Source: Mobula hypostoma (Eukaryota). Taken from it: a stretch of DNA of 64,000 nucleotides. Positions 49,560 to 64,000 of this stretch are shown one piece after another. The notes beneath the pieces are model-generated. The model saw only the letters and a program-made list of their open reading frames with translations, ran no database searches and was not told where the DNA came from. How positions within the stretch are numbered: the stretch's first letter is position 1; each line of letters starts with the position of its first letter. The position numbers and the translations under genes were made by a program. The stretch lies in the NCBI RefSeq assembly GCF_963921235.1, contig NC_086108.1, positions 108,874,001 through 108,938,000 of the forward strand. The letters run 5' to 3'.

Positions 49560-50270
49560 TTCCTGTGATCCTTCCAGAAACCATGGAAATATAGAGAAGA
49601 CAGGCGGTAGTGATGGCTTCCTCCTCATTGCTAAGTTTTCTGGTTTTTCTGTCAGCCCTCTTAAGAGCCCAAGTGATTTCTTTCACTTTGTAGTCATTCT
49701 GTAGGAATGTTGTGCATAATTGTTTCATTTCCTTGTGGAGACTCTCCGGGTCCGAAATGGTTAATCAAAGTTGAAAATCCTGAAGTTTAGAGGATTCCCT
49801 GTGAATGTGGAGCAGCGTATATCAGCCAGATGGTATGCACAGTGGAAACTCGCATCAAGGAGCAGAGGATGTGTATCTGTTTCGGTTAAGAGGAGAAATA
49901 GGCAGTAGTGGAATATTGCGCTCACAATGGGCATAGGATCGACTTCGACGGCATAAAACTACTGTGCCTTTGGAACTGCCTGGTGAAGGAAGACATTGAA
50001 ATAAAACTAGAGAAAAAGGATTTTAACAAAGACAGAGATCTCGCTCTAGGTAAGAACTAGAATTCCATTGTAACCAAGGTGAGAGAGCAGAAACCTGATT
50101 GGATAAGGACTAACCATTCAGGAAGGATGGATGACAGGGGCATAAATACCACCAGAGAAGACATGCCTAGGCATCATCCGTGATGAATATGGCAGAGTCT
50201 GTCATCAAAACATTTGTTAAAATTGATACTTCTACCCTGCTAGAAGCCTGAGAAGATTTTATTAAGGGTA
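49560..50270 (+). mobile_element. Second, different Penelope-like family (GIY-YIG remnant with inverted upstream part)
   Basis: Plus strand RIPCECGAAYISQ...ETRIKE...LVKE.IEIKL..FNKD; minus-strand RT C-terminal piece 49560-49755; decayed TGATGAA..ATGGCAGA..TCTGTCAT..AAAAC hammerhead-like motif at ~50180-50214. Confidence 0.7.
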
Positions 50271-50974
50271 TTCATTGTCTCACAATCTGATGGAAGAAGC
50301 TGTTACCCAGTCTGGCAGTCCTAGTCCTGATGCTCCAGTATCTCCTTCCTGACAGTAGTGGGTCAAGGAGATTGTGGGATTGGTGGTAGGGATCTTCAAC
50401 AATGCATCAGTCCCTTCATCTACAATGCTCCTGGTAAATGTGACAGATAAGGAGGAGGTCATCCTCTTGGTGGTTTTTACAATCCTCTGTAGGGTCTTGC
50501 AGTCTGATGCCTTGCAGCTTCTATACCACATAATGATGCAGACCCACGGGACAGTCTCAATGGTGCTCCTGTAGAAAGTTGTTAGAATGGGGGCGGGGAT
50601 CATCTCTTTTGTCTTTCTATGTTAAGACTCAAACTGCTGTCAAAGAGTTGAGTAAATTAAATATCCACTCAATATACTTTGTTCAGCTTCTTGCTGTAAG
50701 TGAGAACCGGTCTTCAATTCTTAATGTAAATGGAAAGCAATAATCAGTCTAAAGTTAAAAGGAAAGCTTTGCAAACAGACAACACTGTCTATAGAACACA
50801 GATAGCTGGCCCACAGCACAGGGCTGGCTGCTCGAGAGATGTGATGTAAGACAATGGGGTTATGTTAATTGGCTTGTATCAAACCAGAGAAAACTGTGAA
50901 GTTATTTAGTTCAAGGAAGCCTGCAAACCAGATGAGTACTATCACTTAGCACAACAAATAGATGATCTAATAAT

Positions 50975-51072
50975 CAGTCCTGAAGAAGGGTCTCGGCCTG
51001 AAACGTTGACCGTACCTCTTCCTAGAGATGCTGCCTGGCCTGCTGCGTTCACCAGCAACTTTGATGTGTGTT
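50975..51072 (+). mobile_element. 98-bp solo PLE pLTR consisting of the hammerhead plus ~60 nt
   Basis: CAGTC-CTGAAGA-AGGGTCTCGGCCT-GAAAC-GTT-GAC; perfect 14-bp TSD GATGATCTAATAAT (50961-50974 / 51073-51086). Confidence 0.9.
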
Positions 51073-51821
51073 GATGATCTAATAATAGTTGGAAGATTTT
51101 TGTACTGAGAGAGTCAGCTTCACAGCATTAATTGTGGCTATCTGGGCATGCTGTCTCGAGAAGCTTTTCAACCGTTTGTGTGAAAATGTATCTGAAAAAA
51201 AATCACATACGTGGGAGCTCACCAGGTAGTGAAACTGTATAAATGCAAGAGAGCAGTTAGGCTTGTTAAAAATGATCAAGGGATAGTAAGAAGAATGACA
51301 GAAAGACAGGGGGATCTAGAATCTGCTCCATTGCCTTTGATTTCTGCAATGGATAACTCATTTGTCTGTGACTTATTGGTATACCTTTTCAGTTTACAAG
51401 AATTGTACCTGTGTTTTCAAAGTCCTTTGTATTTTCGAAAACATTTGTGATTTGGAAATCTTTTATAAGATAGACACCTTCCGTGAATTTTAAATATGTT
51501 TTAAGAATTTTATCTAAATTTAAATGTGTATTACTAAAAATAGAGGAACTGTGTTTAAATACTTTGTCAGTGGAAGTACCTCCTCCTTGGTAGGGAGGGG
51601 GGATTGGCAGTTAAACCTGATGTGGAGGATAAACAGGGATATCAATCTTTTGAAATATTGGTGGCTACAGTATAGCCTCTCTTTAGTGAGGGTACCTGTA
51701 GCTATTTACATCAGAAATGGTTTAAGATCTTCATATGAGTTCAGAACTTCATGGACACCAAACCCAACACCATCAGAATACCATCCAGATAGATTACGCA
51801 AGATGCAAGTACAGTACACCT

Positions 51822-52087
51822 TACTCACTGCCCTTTATGCCATTAGCATTTTGGGCAGCAATGAAAGTTCCCATAACAGCTTACTTTGACCAGGGTTGAT
51901 AACCCTGAGTTGAACCCCCAAACCTGGAGGACCAGTCTTAGTCTGGCCTCTACCTTTTGACCTGCCCGACAAGGGCGACCCCACCAAGAGCCAAAGCATT
52001 AAGCCCTGACTCCAGCCAACAGAACTCTTCGGCTTATTGAAGCGTGCAGACCTCCAAACCTTGACAATGTTATGGTCCCTTTGGAGG
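51822..52087 (-). mobile_element. Probable non-autonomous RTE-derived repeat
   Basis: Resembles an RTE 5' UTR (GGTCAAAAGGTAGAGGCCAGACTAAG..GGTCCTCCAGGTTTGGGG); recognition from memory only. Confidence 0.4.
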
Positions 52088-53625
52088 ACATAAGTACATT
52101 GAGGAACTAAAAAGAAAAAATAAACAAAATGCATGAGTGACCTTGTCATTCCTCAACCCTGAGATTAATTTTCTTGAGAGCATTCACAGTAAATACAAAG
52201 AAACACACAGAATCAATAAAAACTACACACAATAACAGAGTAACAACCATTATGCAAAAGACAACAAATTGCAAATACAAAAATGAACAAAAAAAATCAA
52301 AATAATAATAATTAATAAGTAAGCGATAAGCAATGGGCCAAATAGCCTATTTCTACTGTTATATTTTATGGTCTTACAGTCTTAAATATTGAGAACATGA
52401 GATGAAAAGTTCTAGAAAGTGAGTCCATAGGTTGTGGGAACAGTCAGTGATGGGGTGAGTGAAGCTGAGTGAAGTTATCCCCTCTGGTTCAAGAGCCTGT
52501 TGACTGAAGGGTAATAACTGTTCCTGAACAGCTTTCCACATTGGTAATACACACTGCCTTTCAGTCTGGGGAGACATATATAAACCTGAACTTGACAGCA
52601 GTTTGTGGGATTATTTTTCTGAATATTCACTGAAACTGGCAAACCTTGCTCAGAAAACTCAGCAGCACCGGTGAACTGTGGACATAACTACAGTCCCTGA
52701 TATACTGGCTGCCTTTTGAAAGCCCCTGTCTTATTCAAATACTATTCTAATGCAAAAATCTGTCACTTTCACCATGGGCTTTGATATTTTCCATCACCTG
52801 ACATAAATAAGACATTAGATTGAAAGAGATATCTGATGAATGTTTCAGTAAATGTAAATAAAGCCTTTTAATGGATGCTTACTCCAGTTAAAGCACAACT
52901 CTGGAGTAATCATTAGAATTGTATTAAATTCATGAATTTCTTATGAATTTATTTTAAAGTCTAAATTTTTTATGCAGCTGTTAAATGTATGCTTTGAATA
53001 TGTTTCATTGCAAGGAAAATATTTTTCGAGGTCATTAAAATTTGAATTCAATATTGTTCAGTTTACACTTCAAATGTAACTGATTAGGATGAATTATGCG
53101 TGTTGCAACCTTCATCAACATGCTTACTTCGAACATGTAGCAAGGAACATTAAACTTTTAATATCATAACATAGCCAGCTATCCTGCACAAGGTTATTTT
53201 CCACACTTTCTCCAGGAATCAAAAGACTTTGCATTTCTTTGGTCAAAATCTCATAAAGAGGTTACAGATTAGCTTCACATGAACACTGAAACACCGAGAC
53301 ATCAGAATCAGGTTGAATATCACCAGCATGTGTTGTGAAATTTGTTAATTTAGTGGCAGCAGTACAATGCAATACATGATAAATATAGAAAGAAAACTGA
53401 GAATTACAGTGAGTCTCTCTCTATACATACATAATTGAATGAATAATGCAAAAAAAGAAATTTAAAACAAGTAGTGAGGTAGTGTTCATGGGTTCAATGT
53501 TCATTTAGAAATCGGATAGCAGAGGGGAAGAAGTTGTTCCCAATATGTTGAGTGAGTGCCTTTAGGCTTCTGTGCCTCTTTCCAGGTGCTAGCGGTGAGA
53601 AGAGGGCTGGGTGATGAGGGTCCTT

Positions 53626-54305
53626 CACTGCCAAGAAAGCCCACCAGTGCCTTTACTTCCTGAGAAAACTGAAGAAATTTGACCTGTCCCCTAAAACTCT
53701 CACTAATTTTTATAGATGCACCGTAGAAAGCATTCTTCTATGGTGCATCACAACCTCGTATGGAAGTTGTCCTGTCCAAGACCGAAAGAAGCTGCAGAAG
53801 ATCGTGAACACGGCACAGCACATCACACAGACCAATCTTCCGTCCTTGGATTCACTTTACACCACACGCTGTCGGAGCAGTGCTGCCAGGATAATCAAGG
53901 ACATGACCCACCCAGCCAACACACTTTTCATCCCTCTTCCCTCCGGGAGAAGGCTCAGGAGCTTGAAGACTTGTACCGCCAGATTTGGGAACAGCTTCTT
54001 TCCAACTGTGATAAGACTGCTGAACGGATCCTGACCCGGATCTGGGCCGTACCCTTCAAATATCCGGACCTGCCTCTCAGTTTTTTTGCACTGCCTTACT
54101 TTCCATTTTTCTATTTTCTATTTATGATTTATAATTTAAATTTTTAATATTTACTAATTTTTACTATTTTAATATTTTTAATATTTAATATTTGTAATCT
54201 AGGGAGCGGGAAGCGCAGAATCAAATATCGCTGTGATGACTCTACATTCTAGTATCAATTGTTTGGTGACAATAAAGTATAAAGTAAAGTATAAGTATAA
54301 AGTAT
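53626..54305 (+). mobile_element. Young Rex-like 3' fragment inserted in an older minus-strand Rex-like element (53300-54640)
   Basis: ORF 53804-54034 LPSGRRLRSL..RFGNSFFPTVIRLLN; AATAAA + (AAGTAT)n tail. Confidence 0.85.
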
Positions 54306-54792
54306 GATGGACACAGCCTTTTTGAACCACCTCTTTTGGAAGACATCTTGGAAACTGTAAAGGCTAGTACCCATGATGGAGTTGACTTAGTTTACAAATC
54401 ATTGCAGATTATTTCGATCTTGTGCAGCGTACCCTCCCCATACCAGATGGAGATGCAGCCAGTTAGAATGCTCTCCATGGTACATCTGTAGAAATTTGCA
54501 AGTGTTTTTGGTGACAGTCCAAATCTCCTCAAACTACTAATGAAATACAACAGCTGTCTTGCCTTCTTTATAACTTCCTCAATATGTTGGGACCAGGTTA
54601 GGTCCTCAGAGATATTGACACCCAGAAACTTGAAATTGAAATTGCACATGCAATGCAATGCATCCTTTGCAATGGACCAATGGATGATTTTGCTGGAAAA
54701 TTATCAGCGAACCAGCTCTTTGAATTTGTAGTTATGTGTGCAGATTCTTATCACAGTTACCCCTTCTTCTAAAGCAGATCCTAGGGTGAGAT

Positions 54793-55025
54793 GGTCACAT
54801 AGTGGTTAGCACGCTTTACAGTACAGGCAGCCCAGCTGCCTATAAGAAGTTTCTATGTTCTCCCTGTGATTGCACGCTTTCACCCCAGATGCTCCAGTTT
54901 CCTCCCACAGTTCAAAGATGTACCAGTTCGTCATTGCAAATTGCCCCATGATCAGGCTAGGATTGCTGGTTGGTACAGCTGTAAGGGCCAGAGGGTCCTG
55001 TTCCATGCTGTATCTCAATAAATAA
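54793..55025 (+). mobile_element. V-SINE-type SINE
   Basis: TAGTGGTTAGCAC head; GCTCCAGTTTCCTCCCACAG core. Confidence 0.65.
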
Positions 55026-56476
55026 ACAAATGTTCTAGGAGCAGCCCACAAGTGGTGCCAATGTAGCATGCCGTCAACTTACTGACATCTGTGACCTGTA
55101 AGTCCTTGGAACATGGGAGGAAACTAGAGCACCTGGAAGAAACACAACCTGTCACGGGAATAACAAGCACACTCATTAAACAGAGTGCCAAGAATTGAAC
55201 CCCAATCGCTGGCGTTGTTGAGCGTTACGCTAACTGCTATGCCTCTGTGCTGACCAAAGAGCAAAGCAACAAATCCTTGTAATGTAGACAAAGTTTTCCT
55301 CAGAATTTCTCCTCACCACCAACCTCACACTCAATATTTTAATTATAAATCGAAAATATCATCCACAACCATCAGAAGTCTTAATATCCAGGACATAGTC
55401 TCTTCTCACTGCCACCATCAAAAAGGAGGTACAGGAGCCTCAGAACCTGCACCACCAGATTCAGGAACCGTTATTACCCCTCAACCATCAGGCTTTTGAA
55501 CCAAAGGGATACCATCACTCAACTTCACTGACCCCATCACAGAACCATCCTCACAACCTATGGACTCACTTTCAAGGTCTCTTCACCTCATGCTCTCAAT
55601 ATTTATTGCTTTTTGTTTCTTTTTTACTTTTTGCACTTGCACAGTTTGTTATCTTTTGCACATTGGTTGTTTGTCTGTCTTGTTATGTGATGATACTGTA
55701 AGTGTTTCCTTATATAGTATTTACTGTGAATGCCCACAAGAGAATTTATCTCAGGCTAGAATAAGGTGATATATATGGAGTCTGATAATAAATTTACTTT
55801 GAACTCTTCCCTTCACTACCAAGCTTCACAGCCTGACTATCTCTGTTGTGAACTGAGAGAGATATGTTTGGGCCTAGTGTGAGGATAGAGAAAGATTAAC
55901 TCTGACCTCTCCAGTTCGTCACAGTTCCAGGTTTTTTTTTCTGATTGTCAAGATTGTAAAAGTTAATTCTAAACTATTTCCCGATGAATCTAGGAACGGA
56001 ACCTTGCTATGGCCTTGTCATATCTAACAACCCATTTCATCAGTGGTTAACGTAACACAATGAGAGAACCATCAATAGGGGTTCGATTCCTACTGCTGTC
56101 TATAAGCAATTTGTATATTCTCCCCATCAACTCTTCTTGCCACATTCCAAAGACGTAGGAGTTAAGGTTTTTAAGCTGTAGGCATGCTATGTTGGCACAG
56201 AGGCGTGCTGACACTTGCAGAGTGGTCCCAGCACATCCTCGGACTGTGTTGGTTGTTGAGGCAAATGACACAGTTCACTGTATGTTTTGATGTTTCGATG
56301 TTCATGTGACAAATAACTTTATCGTTAGCTATGAGATTTTATGTTAATTACCCTCATACAGACACTCGCAAGTTGCAGCATCATCCTGGATTCACCTGCA
56401 TCTGCATCCAGGTGTCCAGGTGACAGGTACTGCACCTGTCCAGGTGATGACAGGTACTGCTGTTGGACCAATCACT

Positions 56477-60615
<4,139 letters not shown>

Positions 60616-60876
60616 GTGGAGATACTGCCTCATCTGCCCTGTTGGGATTTCTTTAGCTAGAGAGGGTGTTGAATTTGTGGAATTTATTTCCACAGATGGC
60701 TGTGGAGGCCAAGTCATTGGGTATATTTAAATTGGAGATTGATGGTTTTTTAATTAGTCAGGGCATCAATGGTTACAGGGAGAAGGCAGGAGAATGGGGT
60801 TGAGAGGGATAGTAAATCAACCATGATGAAATAGTGGAGCAGGTTCAATGGACTGAATGGCCCAGTTCTGCTCTGT

Positions 60877-61222
60877 CTCTACCAAAGGAGGTGTAAACTA
60901 GCCTCTGCTAGCCTGCAGGTCACCCTTGGGTAAGGTGTAGCATCTGCATCTTTGGTCAGGGTCATGTGATGAGCAGGTGGTGGATGGTCGTATGAACAGC
61001 TGGTGAATGTCACAAGTCCTGGTTATGTGACCACTGACACCAGGCAGATAGTCTTGGAAGAGTATTGATAATGGCTGGGGTCTCTCATTTTGTAACAATA
61101 CTGCCCAGAAGAAGGTAAGGGCAAACCACTCCTGTAGAAAAATTTGGCAAGAGCAATCATGGTCATGGACCACGACCACCTACATCATACGACAGAGCAC
61201 ATTATGAAAATGATGATAATGT
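60877..61222 (+). mobile_element. Non-autonomous element with RTE-type 3' tail
   Basis: GAAGG..GGCAAACCACTCC..GCAAGA RTE-like 3' motif and (ATG)n tail. Confidence 0.5.
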
Positions 61223-61269
61223 CTTATAGTCTTATGCTTATCTATCTTGCCTCAAAAGAAGAGAGAGAG

Positions 61270-61503
61270 CATACGCAATGCCAGTGACACACAGGAAGAC
61301 AAGCATCAAAAGCTGCTGGAAGATCATCGCCTGATCGAAAAATGCTTGCTCTGCCGGAAATCTGTTGGTCTGCCAGCATACCGAGATGTCTGTGGACGAT
61401 TTTTGTCGACTGCCTCATTCCAGGCTGCAGGAGTACATGCTGAGCAAGGAATTGAAGCTTGATTGCAGCCACCACAAGGGCTCAGTGGGGAAGGACCAAC
61501 ATA
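61270..61503 (+). mobile_element. Probable Tx1/L1-like ORF2 C-terminal fragment
   Basis: QHTEMSVDDFCRLPHSRLQEYML motif; followed by a solo Rex-like 3' UTR (61505-61704) matching 54057-54295. Confidence 0.45.
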
Positions 61504-61719
61504 TACCAAATATCCAGACCTTCACCTTTGTTTTGCACTACCTTACTTTCCCTTTTTCTATTTTTTATTTATGGTTTATAATTTAAATTTTTAATATTTA
61601 CTATTGGTTTGTAATCCAGGGAGCGGGAAGCATAGAATCAAATATCGCTATCATGATTGTACGTTCTAGTATCAATTGTTTGGCGACAATAAAGTATGAA
61701 GTATACTGTAGAGCTTTTT

Positions 61720-61950
61720 TAGATAGATACACAAGTTAACAGGCCCGTCCGGCCCAACTCGACTGCACCACCCACTGATACCCAGATAAACAATTAACCT
61801 ACTAACCCGTACATCTTTTGAAAGTGTAAGGAAACTGGAGCACCCGGAGGAAACCCACACTGTAATGGAGAGAACGTACAAACTCCTCACTGACAGCAGT
61901 GTGAATTGAACCTGGGTCGCTGGAGCTACAATAGCGTTACGCCAACTGCC
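61720..61950 (-). mobile_element. V-SINE-type SINE
   Basis: GGAAACTGGAGCACCCGGAGGAAACCCAC..GAGAACGTACAAACTCC reverse V-domain; further copies at 62255-62535 (-) and 63708-64000 (+, split by a CR1 3' UTR). Confidence 0.78.
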
Positions 61951-62769
61951 ACGCTCCCATGCCCCCCCCCACCCAGTAGCTCTTCCATTACTGGAGAAGA
62001 AGTGGCTGGGTTGAGTGAGGAAATTGCTCAATCTTTGTGGTAGTGTACCACCCCAGGGGGGTGGGGGCACATGAGTTGCAACAACCCAAGGAATGTGAGA
62101 GAACACAACTGAAAGCAGTGGGTGTGGGTGCAAGAATACTGGGTTTATTCTTGCAAATTTTTTTTATTATGAATAAAGTTTATTTTGTTAAAAACTTATG
62201 CCCAGCTGCCCGAAACTTGTTGGTTTTCCACACAGCGAGATGTCCATAAGGAAAATTATTTATCACTGAGATACGGCACGGAACAGGCCAGTCGTGCCAT
62301 ACAGAAACCCCCAACTAACCCTGCCCTAATCACGGGACAACTTTCAATGACCAATTAACCTACTAACTCATACATCTTTGGACTGTGGGAGGAAACCGGA
62401 GAACCCAGAGAAGACCTATGCATTCCATGGGGAGAACCTACAGACTACATACAGATGATGTTGGAACTGAACTCAGAACTCCAACACTCTGGGCTGCAAT
62501 AGCGTCACACTAACTGCAAAGAGAGCGTGGTGCCCCAAAGCTCTCGATTGGCACAGTCCAGTCTGCAGGTGTACATGCACTGAAACTCGGTACACCCAAA
62601 GCAAAGGCTATGTGAGGAAGAACGACAGTGTACACTTCCTCCACCTCTGGTTTTTGAGGATCAGAGGAAACAGAAGTGTTTTTCACCCCAGGGAAACCTC
62701 TGTATTGTTGCTACATACAGTATGCAAAAATATTTCTAACACCACTATGCACAGAACTATTTCCCACTG

Positions 62770-63546
62770 AGTGCTCCATAGCAATACAAAAACCACAAAC
62801 AATCAAACAACAAAATGCAAACTATGCCAGATGGAAAATAAGTCCAGGACCAGTCTATTGCCTCAGGGTGTCTGACCCTCCACGGGAGGAGCTGCAAGTT
62901 CGATGGCCACAGGCAGGAACGAACTCCCGTGTCGCCCAGGGTTGTATCACGGTGGAATATGGCCAAAGTCCAACAGTAAAAAGTTCAATATCCGGTCTAC
63001 AAACACGTTCCTCGATCGTAATATGACCCGGATTGCACCATCTGTTGTTAACCAGAACAGTAAGCACCCAACTCCTTAACGTTTACCGCTGTCAGTGCAC
63101 TTTCGGTCAGCCCGAATGGCCTGGAAGCCGTCCATGGAGAAGTTTTGGTCGGGTACGTCCTCGTGCAGCCCCGTTCCAGTGAAACACATAACACTGCACT
63201 CCCGAAATGTTCTCTGACGTCTGGCTAGCACCGTGAACTCGTCCATTTTATTACCCACCGAACTCCTCTTCTCCATAAGTCTCTGTTATCTCGAGCCGGT
63301 CCTCTTTCCTCAACTTTGTGATCCCCCTCTGCATCCTCTGTGTGTTTTCCTCCAGATTTCAGCAGGGGGGTCCGCCGCTCTGTTCGCTAAACCGGCCGGC
63401 ATAAGCGCAATCAGCTGGTCCCTGGAATGAACAATGTGACCATGCTTCTGTCCTGTGTGTCGGGATGTAACTATTTCCAGCACTAAAAACCCAAATAAAA
63501 CTCTCTCTACCAGCATGTTAGAGAGGGTGCAGCTTCGACGTGTTAT
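62770..63546 (-). mobile_element. Bipartite non-autonomous Rex-like retroelement, second copy
   Basis: ORFs 63310-63714 (MLVERVLFGF), 63076-63276 (SVGNKMDE..SVMCFT.T.L endonuclease start) and 62855-63067; same fusion junction as 19585-20406. Confidence 0.8.
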
Positions 63547-64000
63547 CAAACAGTCCTCATATATTAACCCCTTCATTCCTGGAATCATTCTCATTTCCTC
63601 CCTCATCATATGGTTTGGTAGGGTTGTTGGCCAATGTAAATTCTTCCTCATGTGTGGGAGGTAGAATCTGGAGTGAATGAGGGGACCGTAGGACAAATAT
63701 TTTTTTGGGCACATGGGTAGTGTAGCAGTTAGTATGATGTTATTGTAGCTTGGAACATTGGAGTTTGGAGTTCAATTCCAATGCTATAGACCATAAGATA
63801 TAGGAGCAGAATTTTGCCTTTTGGCCCATCAAGTCTGCTCCACCTTTCCATCATGGTCTGCCTTCTCACCGTAACCCTTCATGCCCTGACTAATTAAGAA
63901 TCTATCAATCTCTGCCTTATAAAGTCTGTACATCCTCCCCGTGGAGTGCATGAGCTTCCTCCGGGAGCTCTGGTTTCCTCCTACAGTCCAAAGAACCAAT

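Noticed and set aside
51211..51889. Short ORFs in unique DNA as host exons
   Set aside because: No recognisable protein motif, AT-rich composition and no convincing splice-site pair
56412..56460. Short tandem duplication TGTCCAGGTGA(TGA)CAGGTACTGC
   Set aside because: Two-unit local slippage with no further structure

Overview
Eukaryotic, non-coding, transposon-saturated vertebrate DNA. The mix of CR1, Rex1/Babar-like, Penelope-like, V-SINE and Tc1 repeats suggests a cartilaginous fish such as a ray or shark (inference). I found no host protein-coding exon, tRNA/rRNA gene or CRISPR array; the long ORFs are transposon remnants or artefacts of a 3.9-kb (TG)n/(TA)n array. Most interesting: (i) Penelope-like (PLE) insertions with minimal hammerhead motifs and recurring 13-14 bp target-site duplications (TSDs), two of which bracket foreign cargo DNA between inverted pLTRs; (ii) inside one cargo, a hammerhead core with its three strands in a non-circularly permuted order and supporting base pairing; (iii) a 1.67-kb near-perfect palindrome centred on a PLE hammerhead that also duplicates flanking DNA; (iv) composite Tc1 mini-MITE elements, a bipartite non-autonomous Rex-like family, and a Tc1-RT chimeric ORF. 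All coordinates were read by eye. Boundaries of old repeats are approximate, and family names come from motif recognition, not database searches.
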